A stretch of 64,000 nt of DNA from assembly GCF_011762485.1 (NCBI RefSeq), contig NZ_JAAKGI010000001.1, positions 385,962-449,961 of the forward strand. The letters are read 5' to 3'. The stretch comes from Yeosuana marina (lineage in GTDB: Bacteria > Bacteroidota > Bacteroidia > Flavobacteriales > Flavobacteriaceae). A program made the position numbers and the translations under genes. The notes under the pieces are model-generated. The model saw nothing but the letters and a program-made list of their open reading frames with translations, ran no database searches and was not told the origin of the DNA. Positions 48,761 through 59,993 of the stretch are shown here, one piece after another (position 1 is the first letter of the stretch; each line of letters begins with the position of its first letter).

Positions 48761-50440
48761 TTATTGTAGTAATGGAGAATAGTTTGTTGGATAGTCACCA
48801 ATATTAGCTACATTTCCAGATTCAACAAAATTAGAACCAAAAGCGGCATCTATAGCTTCTAAAAATTTGTCAGCCATATACGCATAACCTCTTGCAGTAA
48901 GATGAATACCGTCTAAACTAACGGCACCTCCGGTTACTAAACTAGTCGTTAGTGTAAAATTATCAGAAACAAGTCCTGTGGTTGCAGCCTCATCAAGAAT
49001 GCTATTTAAATCAACTAATGCCACATTTGGGTTTGAGGAAGCCACACTTGCAATGGTAGCATTATAGGCATCTGTTGCTGCTTTAATTTCGGCTTGCTCG
49101 CTAGGTATTAGCACCCATTTATCTTCAAGAGGAAGTGTTACACCTTCTGTAGAAAACTGTGCTGCCAATTGTTGAGATAAACCATATCCCATTAAGGCTT
49201 GCATTGCCGTAGTATTTACAGTTCCAATAACACTCATACTAGGCAAAACAAGTAAATCATTTGCTGTTGCTTGTCTTGATTGACCATAACTAGCACCAAA
49301 CAAAGCTGCTACTGTACCAACTGTAACAGGGTCTGTTGGTAAACCAAAACTTTGTAATAACCCGGCAAATTCGGGACTTGCACTTAATACTCCTGCTATT
49401 TGAGCAGATATGTCTGTTAAAGTCTCATCTTTTATTACAACTGCACTTGCGGCAGTCGTAGAAAAAACAATTGAGCGTTCTTCTGCATTAGTAATTGCTC
49501 CTACTGATTGTAAATAAGCAAAGACGTTATTTAATTGACCAAAAATTCCATTAAGTGTTGGAATTAACGGACCAAAACTTGAATTTGATGGATCTAAAGG
49601 ACTATAAGGAACCGTTGTAAAATGTGGTAAATCTGTAATGTATGGTACATTAGTAACAACCCCTTTAGCACCACCAGAAGTGAGCATAGTAACTAAAGTG
49701 TTAAACGCAAAATCAAAAGTTGGAGAATCTGTAATTGGATTGGATCCATCGCCTCCTGATGTAGCGTACCCTAACACATCATTACCACCAATTTCTGATA
49801 GGGTAAAAAATGTAGGATTTTGAGCCATTGCTAATTCTAAAATAGAGGCGTTCGGTGAACTTCCTGTTAAGCGAATAGCATATGGATTGGCTGCTGCTGG
49901 AAAGTTAGCTATGTTTCCGTAGCCATTTGCTAGCAGATGAAAACTTTTGGCACCAGGAACACCTAAGTTATTAAAAGTTCCTGTTGGGTTGTTAAGTACA
50001 ATGTCTGTACTAACAGTTACTGGACCAATTACGGATTCTAATGATACAGGGCCAGCACCTCCAAACACTAACCTTGGATCTGTAATTCGGTTTCCTCCAG
50101 CGGCCAAACCACCATAATTATCATTCATTAAAGGCTGGGTAAATGTTCCGCCACCTAATTTTGCAAATTCTTTTGCTATGATATTTGGAAACGAATTTTC
50201 TTGGCTTGCTTTAAATAAAGCATTGTCTGTATAGCCTGCGGTAAAAGAAGCACCAAGTGCTACATAGTTTGAAAAGTCTGCCGTTCCAGTAGTTAATTCT
50301 GGTAATGGTTCTACTACCGGAGTTCTAGAAAGATCTTCTTCTGTGTTACAAGCTGTAAATCCTAATAGGATTATTAACAGCCATATATATTTTGCATTCA
50401 TAATAATTTTTTTATAAGTTGTTAATAGTCCATGAAACAT
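48761..50440 (-). CDS. SGNH/GDSL-like hydrolase lipoprotein
   Basis: Lipobox (GFTACNTEED). Block I is VALGASFTAGY with Ser retained. Block III is IGGNDV. Block V is DGIHLTARGY (DxxH). Overlaps the upstream TBDR by 29 bp, suggesting an operon. Confidence 0.5.
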   Translation of the reverse strand: MFHGLLTTYKKIIMNAKYIWLLIILLGFTACNTEEDLSRTPVVEPLPELTTGTADFSNYVALGASFTAGYTDNALFKASQENSFPNIIAKEFAKLGGGTFTQPLMNDNYGGLAAGGNRITDPRLVFGGAGPVSLESVIGPVTVSTDIVLNNPTGTFNNLGVPGAKSFHLLANGYGNIANFPAAANPYAIRLTGSSPNASILELAMAQNPTFFTLSEIGGNDVLGYATSGGDGSNPITDSPTFDFAFNTLVTMLTSGGAKGVVTNVPYITDLPHFTTVPYSPLDPSNSSFGPLIPTLNGIFGQLNNVFAYLQSVGAITNAEERSIVFSTTAASAVVIKDETLTDISAQIAGVLSASPEFAGLLQSFGLPTDPVTVGTVAALFGASYGQSRQATANDLLVLPSMSVIGTVNTTAMQALMGYGLSQQLAAQFSTEGVTLPLEDKWVLIPSEQAEIKAATDAYNATIASVASSNPNVALVDLNSILDEAATTGLVSDNFTLTTSLVTGGAVSLDGIHLTARGYAYMADKFLEAIDAAFGSNFVESGNVANIGDYPTNYSPLLQ

Positions 50441-53174
50441 AGTACATGGAACCTATGTAGCCTGTTCCAAAAGCAGTAGTATATTCTTTTCCAGTAAGAT
50501 TAGTTGCACCTAATTTAAACATAGATTTCATACTAGGTATGGTTAAGTTAATTTGTGCATCAACCACATGATATTCTGGTATTACACCATCACCAAAGGT
50601 CGCTTCCCAATAGTAATCATCACTAAACCTGTAAGACACATTAAATCCAAAGTTTTTGAATAATTCTGTATTTCCAAAAGACGCTTTGAATTTATGCTCA
50701 GGCGTATTAAAATTTGTTACGAAGTCTGGATATTTAGCTTGGTCAAAGTCTAATTTTGCAAATGTATAACTTCCGCTTAAATCAAAATTGCCAAATACTT
50801 TAGTTGATAATCCAATTGAAGCACCATATGATTTAACATCGGCTTCTGCGTTAGTATAAGTGCCATATACTTGATAATCTTCATTGGCCACTGCAGCCAC
50901 TGATAAGGAATTATCTCCTGCTGTCCCATACAATGGGGCTATAACATATCCTTGAGAGATAAAATCTTTATACTTATTGTAATAAGCACTAAAGTCAACA
51001 ATTAGGTTTTTAAATTTCCCTCGATAACCTACCTCGGCAGAAGTAACTTGCTCCGGTTTTACTAAGCCCGGATTGGCCACTTTTAAAACACTAGGATCAC
51101 CAGTTGCAGCAAGTTGCTCTACAGATCTTCTTGAATATGAATTTGTATAAGCTGTAGCACCTGTTTGTGTAATAGTACTTGGTTGACCAAGTGCTTGACC
51201 AGCATCACTTATGTTGTAGGGTCTTGAATAGCGATTTAAATTATCTGGCGCAGAACCCATTAAAACATAGGCTCCAGTATCTAGACCAATAAACAAATCT
51301 TGGGTTGTTGGATTTCTAAACCCTGTTTGTACAGAGGCTCTAATATTATGGTTTTTATTGATGGTTAAACCTGCAGATAATCTTGGAGAAAAGAAACCAT
51401 CAAAGAATTCTGATTTATCATAACGAATAGAACCGGTTAGTTTTAAACTTAAAGCATCATTCAACTCAATTGGTTTTTGAATTTGAGTGTAAATTCCATA
51501 TTCTGAATAATCTATAGGACCATTTTCTGGAGTATCAGTATAAATAGTACCCGATGAATTTAACTTATATTTTCTATAAGACCCACCCACTTGTATTTCA
51601 GCCCAATCAATTAAATGGCTAAAATTGTAGTTTCCATCGGCATGGTAATATTTAGAAGCATCCTGAAATTTAGAACCTGTTATTAAATTAGGATCATTGA
51701 TACTTTTATTATAAGCAGCGTTAAATTCAGGAGTGCCTGGTAAAAATCTACCAGATTCAGCAACGGCTCTAGCAGCTGCATGAGCCTGCGCGTCTGTTGC
51801 CCCACCAAGGGTTGATTGAACATAAGTACCAATATAATCTCCAAACCATTGTGTATCACTTTTCCATGCTCTGTTAATCTGAATAGCTGTTGCCACCATA
51901 TCATAGGATTTTCCAGCTTTATCTCCAACTACATAGCCTCTTAGAAAGAAATTATTATTTCTTATTTCTAATTTATGCTGTTCTTGGAAGAAACCATCAA
52001 TATGATACCTGTTACTTCCTTGGTAAATAGTTGAACCTGTACCTGCTTTTCCCACATAAGATATTTCAAAATCATTTTCAAAAGGGCGATAATATAAACC
52101 CCAATCTGCTTTAATGCTTTCAGCATTATAGTCTGTTAAGTCCGCTTCATCATAACCTGTTCTACTCACAGAAACGTCTGGAACAAGTGATTTGTAGGCT
52201 AATGGAGCTTTAGATCTAATATTTGTAGCAACCACATCACCATAAACATTAACACCATTGTAATTTATATTAGTTTCTCTTGTACCTCCATTTGAATTTT
52301 TATCTACTCGGCTATTCGCAGCCCAATCAGTTCCTTTTAAATAACCAAAGTTTACTTTAGCAGCAAATTTGTTACTAAATTTATAGGCTGCCCGAATGCC
52401 AAAATCAGTGTATGGATTATCTCCTGCGGCTTGTTGAGATGTTATTCCTTGTTTGTAATAAGCGCTTATTCCATGGTGATCAAAAGGGTTTTTACTGCGC
52501 ATAAATAATATTCCATTAAAGGCATTTGCACCGTAAAGAGCAGAGGAGGCACCTGGAAGCAATTCAACACTTTGAACATCGGTTTCAATCATACCAACTA
52601 AATTTCCAATAGGAAAGTTTAATGCAGGGGTGGAGTTGTCCATGCCGTCAACCAATTGCATAAACCGGTTATTAGCAAAAGTCGCAAAACCTCTGGTGTT
52701 AACAGATTTAAAAGTTAAACTGTTTGTGTTTACATCGACACCTTTAAGGTTTTCAAGGCCATCATAAAAATCGACTGAAGCCGTGTTTTTTATTTCTTTA
52801 AGTCCTAAGCGTTCTACTGTAACAGGAGATTCAAAAATACGTTCTGGTGTTCTAGAAGCAGAAATAACGACTTCATCTAATGAGGTTCCTTCAGTTAAAA
52901 CAAAATTAACGGTTTGATTATCTTTAGTAATCTGTTCTGTTACTGTTTCAAAACCAATAATACTTGCTTGCAGGGCAAATGGAGGATTTAGATTAGTTTT
53001 CAGGGTAAAGTTACCATCAAAATCAGTAACTGTTCCGGTAGAAGTTCCAACAATTATAATGTTGGCTCCTGGTAAAGGTTGACTACTATCATCAACAACG
53101 GTTCCAGTAATTGTTGTTTGTGCATTTGCTAATCCGCAAAAAAACAACATTAAAATTGGGAGAATTGTTTTCAT
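50412..53174 (-). CDS. TonB-dependent receptor with N-terminal carboxypeptidase-regulatory-like domain (SusC/RagA-like class)
   Basis: Signal peptide. TITGTVVDD...GANIIIVGTSTGTVTDFDGNFTL matches CarbopepD_reg. A plug domain and a 22-strand-sized barrel follow. Confidence 0.8.
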   Translation of the reverse strand: MKTILPILMLFFCGLANAQTTITGTVVDDSSQPLPGANIIIVGTSTGTVTDFDGNFTLKTNLNPPFALQASIIGFETVTEQITKDNQTVNFVLTEGTSLDEVVISASRTPERIFESPVTVERLGLKEIKNTASVDFYDGLENLKGVDVNTNSLTFKSVNTRGFATFANNRFMQLVDGMDNSTPALNFPIGNLVGMIETDVQSVELLPGASSALYGANAFNGILFMRSKNPFDHHGISAYYKQGITSQQAAGDNPYTDFGIRAAYKFSNKFAAKVNFGYLKGTDWAANSRVDKNSNGGTRETNINYNGVNVYGDVVATNIRSKAPLAYKSLVPDVSVSRTGYDEADLTDYNAESIKADWGLYYRPFENDFEISYVGKAGTGSTIYQGSNRYHIDGFFQEQHKLEIRNNNFFLRGYVVGDKAGKSYDMVATAIQINRAWKSDTQWFGDYIGTYVQSTLGGATDAQAHAAARAVAESGRFLPGTPEFNAAYNKSINDPNLITGSKFQDASKYYHADGNYNFSHLIDWAEIQVGGSYRKYKLNSSGTIYTDTPENGPIDYSEYGIYTQIQKPIELNDALSLKLTGSIRYDKSEFFDGFFSPRLSAGLTINKNHNIRASVQTGFRNPTTQDLFIGLDTGAYVLMGSAPDNLNRYSRPYNISDAGQALGQPSTITQTGATAYTNSYSRRSVEQLAATGDPSVLKVANPGLVKPEQVTSAEVGYRGKFKNLIVDFSAYYNKYKDFISQGYVIAPLYGTAGDNSLSVAAVANEDYQVYGTYTNAEADVKSYGASIGLSTKVFGNFDLSGSYTFAKLDFDQAKYPDFVTNFNTPEHKFKASFGNTELFKNFGFNVSYRFSDDYYWEATFGDGVIPEYHVVDAQINLTIPSMKSMFKLGATNLTGKEYTTAFGTGYIGSMYYVSWTINNL

Positions 53175-53447
53175 TTATAAGTTAGTTTAATTTAAGTGTG
53201 GCAATATAAAAAATAAAATGAGGTATAATTACATAAATATAAAAAAATTATGCGCGCATAGTAGTTTCTTGTCAAAAAAAGGCGTTAATACTTGCATCAT
53301 CAGCAAAATTATAGCCTTTTATTGAGAAATTAGCATATTAAACTGAATAGTAAATTTAATATGTGTAGATTTAAAAAAGTCTGTTACAACTTATTCTACG
53401 GTAATTAAACTTGACAATTCTCCAGATTGAAATGAGTTAATGTAAAA

Positions 53448-53720
53448 CTAACTTGGTTTTGTTTCAATCTTTCCTAAGAAGTTTAGAATAATAAATAATA
53501 TTCCAACAATCATTTGTATGAAGAATATAAAATTTAACTCTTCTTTTTCAATCAAATTAACAATAGCACTGAGAGTAAATATCACTCCATAAAAATACCA
53601 AAATACTTTTCTGGTTTTTTGTTTTTTGTTATCTGAAACTTTCATCATTCTAATTGAAATAAAATGAAGAATTCCAACACTGATAAAAACAATTAACATA
53701 ATTACAACACCTTTCCCCAT
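53448..53720 (-). CDS. Small hypothetical 2-TM membrane protein
   Basis: 90 aa with two hydrophobic helices. No homology is recognisable by eye. Confidence 0.3.
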   Translation of the reverse strand: MGKGVVIMLIVFISVGILHFISIRMMKVSDNKKQKTRKVFWYFYGVIFTLSAIVNLIEKEELNFIFFIQMIVGILFIILNFLGKIETKPS

Positions 53721-53736
53721 GAACCAAATTTAAGAA

Positions 53737-53931
53737 TTATTCATTTAATATCAACCCAACACTTACAGCTTTTGGTGGTTTAATTTTTTGTAATCTTTTT
53801 ATCCGTTTATTCATTTTATCAAACAATCCAAAAACTTGTTGGGAAGTAAATTTATCAGTTCGTTGAGGTTTATATTCGGAAGTATTTAGATAATCACTTA
53901 TTTCAAGAAAAGTAAATCCATCATCTCTCAT
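53737..53931 (-). CDS. Small HTH-like ORF. Possible C-terminal remnant of a resolvase/recombinase-type protein.
   Basis: The frame stays open upstream to 54063 with no ATG (...EEKFNLIKKMRDDGFTFLEISDYLNTSEYKPQRTDKF...). The pattern is reminiscent of serine-recombinase C-terminal HTH domains. It lies directly downstream of the glmS stop. Confidence 0.25.
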   Translation of the reverse strand: MRDDGFTFLEISDYLNTSEYKPQRTDKFTSQQVFGLFDKMNKRIKRLQKIKPPKAVSVGLILNE

Positions 53932-54067
53932 TTTTTTAATGAGATTGAATTTTTCTTCTTGATTTTTGGAAATTGGAAGAACCCAAAATTTTGGAGAGGT
54001 AATCTCAACAATACAAGTTAAGAATACCTCTCCATTATAATTATCCGATAAATACCCCCTTTCAAGA

Positions 54068-55915
54068 TTACTCCACCGTAACAGACTTTGCTAAATTTCG
54101 TGGTTGATCTACGTTTTTACCTAATAAAACAGCAATATGGTAAGAAAGCAATTGTAAAGGGATAGTCGTTAATAATGGAGATAAAGATTCTAATGTTTCA
54201 GGAACTTCGATAACATGATCTGCTAATGCTCTTACATCAACGTCTCCTTCAGTAACGATAGCTATAATTTTTCCTTTTCTTGATTTAATTTCTTGAATAT
54301 TGCTCACTACTTTTTCGTAGTGTCCTTTTTTAGTAGCAATAACAACAATAGGCATGTTTTCGTCAATTAAAGCAATAGGGCCGTGTTTCATTTCAGCAGC
54401 AGGATAACCTTCGGCGTGAATATAGGATATCTCTTTTAATTTTAAAGCACCTTCAAGTGCCACTGGGAAATTATAGCCTCTTCCTAAGTATAAACAATTG
54501 CGTGAGTCTTTATAAATATCTGCAATCATTTTAATATGAGCATCAGACTCTAACGCTTTTTCTACTTTCTTTGGAATCATTTCAAATTCAAGTAAATGAT
54601 GACGGAACTCTGAACTAGAAATTGTGCCTTTAGCTCTTGCTAAACGTAATGCAATAAGTGATAAAACAGTAATTTGTGTTGTAAAAGCTTTTGTAGAAGC
54701 TACACCAATTTCTGGACCAGCGTGTGTATAAGCCCCAGAGTGCGTTTCTCTCGCAATTGAAGAGCCTACAACATTACAAACTCCAAAAACAAAAGCACCT
54801 TTAGATTTTGCTAGTTTTATAGCTGCAAGCGTATCGGCTGTTTCTCCAGATTGAGAGATAGCTATAACGACATCTCTTTCTGTTATAATAGGATTTCTAT
54901 ATCTAAATTCTGAAGCATACTCTACTTCTACAGGAATTCTCGCTAAATCTTCAAATATATATTCTGCAACTAAACCTGCGTGCCATGATGTACCACAAGC
55001 TACAATAATAATTCGGTCTGCAGCAAGAAATTTTTTCATATTGTCTTCTACACTGGACATTTTTATGATAGCTTCATTTCTGTTAAGTCGTCCTCTATAG
55101 GTATCTGTAATAGCTTTAGGTTGTTCATAAATCTCCTTCAACATAAAATGCTCAAAACCACCTTTTTCAATTTGATCCAAGTTCATTTGAAGCGCCTGCA
55201 TGTAAGGATTTACTAAGGAATCATCTTTTATTTTTCTAACCTTAATATCTTTGTTTAACCTAATAATAGCCATTTCTTCATCTTCTAAATAAATGGCATT
55301 TTTGGTATATTCTATAAACGGAGAAGCATCACTAGCTATAAAATATTCGCCTTCGCCAACTCCAATAGCTAAAGGACTTCCTAAACGAGCAATAACTATT
55401 TCGTTAGGTTGTGTTTTATCAAAAACAGCAATAGCATAGGCCCCTATTACTTGGTTTAATGCAATTTGAACTGCTTTTCCTAATTTAACGTTTTCCTGTT
55501 TTTTTACTTCTTCAATCAGATTCACTAATACTTCGGTATCAGTGTCAGATTTGAATGTATATCCACGAGAAATTAACTCTTTACGAAGTGATTCGTAGTT
55601 TTCGATGATACCATTATGAATAATAACTAAATTTTGAGAATTTGAATAGTGAGGATGCGAGTTAACATCATTTGGAACACCGTGCGTTGCCCATCTGGTA
55701 TGTCCAATTCCTATTTTTCCTTTTATGGAAATTTCATCTGCTAACTTATTTTCTAAGTCTGCAACTTTCCCTTTGGTTTTACATACTTTTAATTCTGAGT
55801 TATCGAATAGAGCAATACCTGCGCTATCGTAACCTCTATATTCTAATCGTTTAAGTCCTTCAATAACAATTGGGTAGGCTTCTCTGTATCCAATATATCC
55901 AACAATTCCACACAT
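54068..55915 (-). CDS. glmS: Glutamine--fructose-6-phosphate aminotransferase
   Basis: N-terminal MCGIVGYIG (Ntn Cys), two SIS domains and a C-terminal ...AKSVTVE. Confidence 0.95.
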   Translation of the reverse strand: MCGIVGYIGYREAYPIVIEGLKRLEYRGYDSAGIALFDNSELKVCKTKGKVADLENKLADEISIKGKIGIGHTRWATHGVPNDVNSHPHYSNSQNLVIIHNGIIENYESLRKELISRGYTFKSDTDTEVLVNLIEEVKKQENVKLGKAVQIALNQVIGAYAIAVFDKTQPNEIVIARLGSPLAIGVGEGEYFIASDASPFIEYTKNAIYLEDEEMAIIRLNKDIKVRKIKDDSLVNPYMQALQMNLDQIEKGGFEHFMLKEIYEQPKAITDTYRGRLNRNEAIIKMSSVEDNMKKFLAADRIIIVACGTSWHAGLVAEYIFEDLARIPVEVEYASEFRYRNPIITERDVVIAISQSGETADTLAAIKLAKSKGAFVFGVCNVVGSSIARETHSGAYTHAGPEIGVASTKAFTTQITVLSLIALRLARAKGTISSSEFRHHLLEFEMIPKKVEKALESDAHIKMIADIYKDSRNCLYLGRGYNFPVALEGALKLKEISYIHAEGYPAAEMKHGPIALIDENMPIVVIATKKGHYEKVVSNIQEIKSRKGKIIAIVTEGDVDVRALADHVIEVPETLESLSPLLTTIPLQLLSYHIAVLLGKNVDQPRNLAKSVTVE

Positions 55916-56069
55916 AATTAATTTGGGTTTTTAATTTTGAACAAATATGTATAAAAAATCTTAACGAACTCTAATATATTATGTAAACTTATTGTTTTAA
56001 ACGATGAAATTCACTTCTATAATCATATTAGAAGTGAATTTTACCGAATAATGTTTAATAATTAAAATC

Positions 56070-57776
56070 TTATTTAGGGTCTGTAAAGAAGACCTCTAAT
56101 TCCATTCTTCTATTATCTGGTACATTTTGATTGCTACCGTATAATATGGTACCTCTTGGAGTTATAATTGATGCTGAGGGCACACCTGTTACGGCATCAT
56201 GACTATTTAAAATGTCTGAGCTAGAAGTTTCATTAACGTTTGTTGACAATACCAACCCTATTTTAGTGTTTGTAGAGTCTCTAAGTAAAATATTATTTAA
56301 ATGCTCGGTAAGACGTATTTTGTATTTAGAAATTCCATTGTCATCCGTTTGGCGTTGTCCTAAATGAACGTATTTCGAGTTTAATGGATCTGTTGTGCTG
56401 CCTGTTGGGTCGTAATCATAATCGGTTAAAAATATATTGTTTTTAATATCATAAGCGTAAAGTCTATCATATTTATGATAATCAACTGGAGCAGTCATGT
56501 TTTCATCTTCGTAAACTACTAATTGAGCTTCGTTAATGAGTTTTTTTAATTCAAACTTTCCGTTTTTTACAATATAGTTTCCATTGGCGTCTACCGCTCT
56601 GTAGGTTTTTTTAAATGCATCTAATGCACTAATTTGTTCACCATTATAATCAACTGTACCTGTAAACAAATCAACTTCTGCCATAGAACCTTCAGCACCT
56701 TTTAAGTAAAGTTTTTCATCGCCATTAGTCTTGTCTCCATTAGCTAAAGGAACTGGGGTATAATCGTTAATAAAGGTATTTAATATATTGCCTGTAAAGT
56801 TAAGCGTATAAGTACTTTGAAGTCTTTCTCCAGTTGTAATGGTAGAATCATAAGAATAATATATAGTTATTTTAGAAGCAGAGGATCTTAAGTTGAGCAT
56901 AACCATATTGCCATCATTACCAATTGCTTCTGCTTTAAAATATAGGCCTCTAAAATAGTTTTTAAAGCTATTACCGTTACTTAATTCTGTACTTCCTTCT
57001 TTATCTATAATGGCAGTTTTCCAAAAAGTAGGATCTAACATAACTCTTAAAGCAGGAATTGATCTTTCAAGGGTTTCTGTATCTCCATTCACTATTTTTT
57101 CTACAATAGCGTCACTACTAGGCGTAAAGTTTCCATTTTCATAGATAAGATCTCCTTTAAAATCGTCAAAATTAATAGAGCCACTTTCTGTTATTGCAAA
57201 ATTATCTGTGGCATTAATGTCTCCATTAGCATGAGAATAAAACTTTTGAGCCTCGTTAGTCTGTGAGTTCGGATCAAAATCTCTTAAAAAATAGTTGTTT
57301 TGGTAAACACTTAGTTTTATTGGTGCAGTTCCGTATAAAGAATCACTAATCGAGTAAACAGTATTTCCATCTGCATCAGGTGAGTCTGCAGCCGTTTTAC
57401 TATAATATGGGATACTTAAAACTACAGAGTCAATAGCTGGATTATCACCAAAACTAGGGCTAAATGATGTTGGGACTACTTGCGCAATAATACTTGCTTT
57501 TGTTTGTCCGTAAACAGGGTCGTTAAACACACCAAGCTCAGTAGTCGGTAGATTGTTTATTTGAAGAGAATCGAGTTTTTTGTTAAACGATGTTATAGGC
57601 ACCAAAGCATGGTCTGTCTCGAAGTTTTTCACACCAATAACGTCGCTTTCAATAGTGTTAAATTCTTTATCACATCCAATAAATGTGGCAGCAATTAACA
57701 AGAAAACACTAGTAAATTTAAGGGCTTTAAATATTTTTTTCATATCTTTTTTGTGAAGAACAACAGGTTTATGCAA
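56070..57776 (-). CDS. DUF4270-like lipoprotein
   Basis: Lipobox at FIGCDKE. The internal Met (MKKIF...) is the likely start. The position glgA-like gene - this gene - glmS is conserved in Flavobacteriia. Confidence 0.5.
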   Translation of the reverse strand: MHKPVVLHKKDMKKIFKALKFTSVFLLIAATFIGCDKEFNTIESDVIGVKNFETDHALVPITSFNKKLDSLQINNLPTTELGVFNDPVYGQTKASIIAQVVPTSFSPSFGDNPAIDSVVLSIPYYSKTAADSPDADGNTVYSISDSLYGTAPIKLSVYQNNYFLRDFDPNSQTNEAQKFYSHANGDINATDNFAITESGSINFDDFKGDLIYENGNFTPSSDAIVEKIVNGDTETLERSIPALRVMLDPTFWKTAIIDKEGSTELSNGNSFKNYFRGLYFKAEAIGNDGNMVMLNLRSSASKITIYYSYDSTITTGERLQSTYTLNFTGNILNTFINDYTPVPLANGDKTNGDEKLYLKGAEGSMAEVDLFTGTVDYNGEQISALDAFKKTYRAVDANGNYIVKNGKFELKKLINEAQLVVYEDENMTAPVDYHKYDRLYAYDIKNNIFLTDYDYDPTGSTTDPLNSKYVHLGQRQTDDNGISKYKIRLTEHLNNILLRDSTNTKIGLVLSTNVNETSSSDILNSHDAVTGVPSASIITPRGTILYGSNQNVPDNRRMELEVFFTDPK

Positions 57777-58578
57777 TAACTTTTGAATTTAAAAAACTTG
57801 TATAAGCTTCACCAAATTCGTCTTTATATTTGTATTCTAAAACAGGTTTTTTAGAATCTTTTAAATAGGTTTCTAAATCAGCTGGAATGTTTTCAGATCC
57901 AACTATTAAGGCATCAGAATAATTGATAGCCACTTTCATCAAGTTAGTGTAAGAAGGAACTTTAAGCACTTCAATTGCAGTTTCATCAATGTTATCAAAT
58001 TTCACTTTGTTAAGCATATCTTTATTCAAGGTATCATCGAAACTTTGACTATAAATAGAGGTTACAATTTTGCTGTCGCTAAATAATGGCTCATCCTTGT
58101 AATACTCTTTTAAGTACAACGGTAATAATGAAGCCAACCAACCATGAACATGAATAACGTCTGGAGACCAGTTTAATTTTTTAACGGTTTCAATAACGCC
58201 TTTTGCAAAAAATATAGCACGCTCATCATTGTCTGGAAACAGGCTTCCGTTTTCGTCTGTTAAAGTTGCTTTTCTTTTAAAGTACTCGTCATTATCAATA
58301 AAATAAACCTGAATACGTTCTTTTGGAATAGAGGCTACTTTAATAATAAGAGGCATATCAAGATCGTTTATAACCAAATTTATCCCTGATAATCTTATAA
58401 CTTCGTGTAGTTGATGTCTTCTTTCATTAATATTTCCGTATCTAGGCATGAAAATTCTTATTTGACCACCTTGTTGATTCACCAATCTTGGTGCCTCAAA
58501 AGACATTGAAGAAATTTCGGTTTCAGGTAAATAAGGCACTACTTCAGATGATACATATAATATCCTCTTATCTTTCAT
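57769..58578 (-). CDS. Short glycogen/starch-synthase-like protein (GT5 N-terminal domain only)
   Basis: 269 aa. [13 protein letters not shown]..., IRIFMPRYG and [19 protein letters not shown] resemble the GlgA N-terminal Rossmann domain. It lacks the C-terminal domain. Confidence 0.55.
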   Translation of the reverse strand: MKDKRILYVSSEVVPYLPETEISSMSFEAPRLVNQQGGQIRIFMPRYGNINERRHQLHEVIRLSGINLVINDLDMPLIIKVASIPKERIQVYFIDNDEYFKRKATLTDENGSLFPDNDERAIFFAKGVIETVKKLNWSPDVIHVHGWLASLLPLYLKEYYKDEPLFSDSKIVTSIYSQSFDDTLNKDMLNKVKFDNIDETAIEVLKVPSYTNLMKVAINYSDALIVGSENIPADLETYLKDSKKPVLEYKYKDEFGEAYTSFLNSKVIA

Positions 58579-58776
58579 AAGTTCGTTTTTGTTGCATTTT
58601 CAATGGCTCTATATAACATAAATAACCACGTTTTTTTAAATCAAAAATTGCCATTTGCCTATTTAGAAAAGGGCTAGCTTTATAAAAATCAAAATAAAAA
58701 ACACGCAAAAGTACAAAAATTTATGCAGATTGCTTGTAAAATCTTAAGTTTGCACCCGTTAAAATTTTATTAAATA

Positions 58777-59625
58777 ATGGAGGTTTTTTCAGATTCAGAG
58801 CAAATTAATGAAGTGATTGAAGCTATTAAGGCTCAACATTTAAAAATTGGATTTGTTCCTACCATGGGGGCTTTGCATGAAGGTCATTTAGCTTTGGTTA
58901 AAAAAGCATTACTTAATAACGACAAGGTTTTTGTTAGTATTTTTGTTAACCCTACACAATTTAATAATGTTAACGATCTTAAAACGTATCCAAGAACTTT
59001 AGAGGATGATCTTAAGCTTCTTGAAGCTATTTCGAGTGAAATTTTGATTTTTGCTCCGTCAGTAGATGCTATATACAAAGGAAATACTAAGTCTAGAAAA
59101 TTTAATTTTGACGGACTTGAATTAGAGATGGAAGGTAAGTTTAGAGCAGGTCATTTTGATGGTGTTGGTACAGTCGTAAAACGATTGTTTGAAATTATAC
59201 AACCAGACAATGCTTATTTTGGAGAAAAAGATTTTCAGCAATTACAAATCATTAAAAAACTTGTAGACAATTATAATATTCCAGTTAACGTAGTAGGTTG
59301 CGACATATATAGGGAACGCAATGGTCTGGCTATGAGTTCTAGAAACACTAGACTGACAGATGAGCAAAAAAATGCAGCACCATTCATTTATAAAACTTTA
59401 AAAGCTGCCAAAGAACAATTTGGCACAAAAAGTGCTGATAAAGTTACTAAGTGGGTAACAATGCAGTTTAAAAATCATCCACAATTAAAACTGGAATATT
59501 TTATAATTGCAGATGTTGACACGTTAAAAACAGTAAAACGAAAATCAAAAAATAAAGTATATAGAGCGTTTATAGCAGTATATGCAGGTGATATTAGACT
59601 TATTGATAATATCGCATTAAATTAA
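58777..59625 (+). CDS. panC: Pantoate--beta-alanine ligase
   Basis: [20 protein letters not shown] (HIGH-class motif) and the full PanC length. Confidence 0.9.
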   Translation: MEVFSDSEQINEVIEAIKAQHLKIGFVPTMGALHEGHLALVKKALLNNDKVFVSIFVNPTQFNNVNDLKTYPRTLEDDLKLLEAISSEILIFAPSVDAIYKGNTKSRKFNFDGLELEMEGKFRAGHFDGVGTVVKRLFEIIQPDNAYFGEKDFQQLQIIKKLVDNYNIPVNVVGCDIYRERNGLAMSSRNTRLTDEQKNAAPFIYKTLKAAKEQFGTKSADKVTKWVTMQFKNHPQLKLEYFIIADVDTLKTVKRKSKNKVYRAFIAVYAGDIRLIDNIALN

Positions 59626-59638
59626 TTATCTTTGCCAC

Positions 59639-59989
59639 ATGCAAGTTCAAGTTGTAAAATCTAAGATTCACAGAGTAAAATGTACAGGTGCGGACCTTAA
59701 CTACATTGGTAGTATCACTATTGATGAAGATTTAATGGATGCAGCTAATATTATTCAAGGCGAAAAAGTTCAAATTGTTAATAACGATAATGGAGAGCGC
59801 CTCGATACGTATGTTATTCCTGGGCCACGTAATAGTGGTGAAATTACTCTTAATGGAGCCGCCGCCAGAAAAGTTTCTGTAGGCGATACATTAATATTAA
59901 TTACCTATGCCTTTATGGATATTGAAGAGGCTAAAATATTTAAGCCCTCTTTAGTCTTCCCAGATGAAGCCACTAATTTGTTAAAATAA
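59639..59989 (+). CDS. panD: Aspartate 1-decarboxylase
   Basis: [23 protein letters not shown], the pyruvoyl-dependent PanD N-terminus (G24-S25 cleavage site). Confidence 0.9.
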   Translation: MQVQVVKSKIHRVKCTGADLNYIGSITIDEDLMDAANIIQGEKVQIVNNDNGERLDTYVIPGPRNSGEITLNGAAARKVSVGDTLILITYAFMDIEEAKIFKPSLVFPDEATNLLK

Positions 59990-59993
59990 TCGG

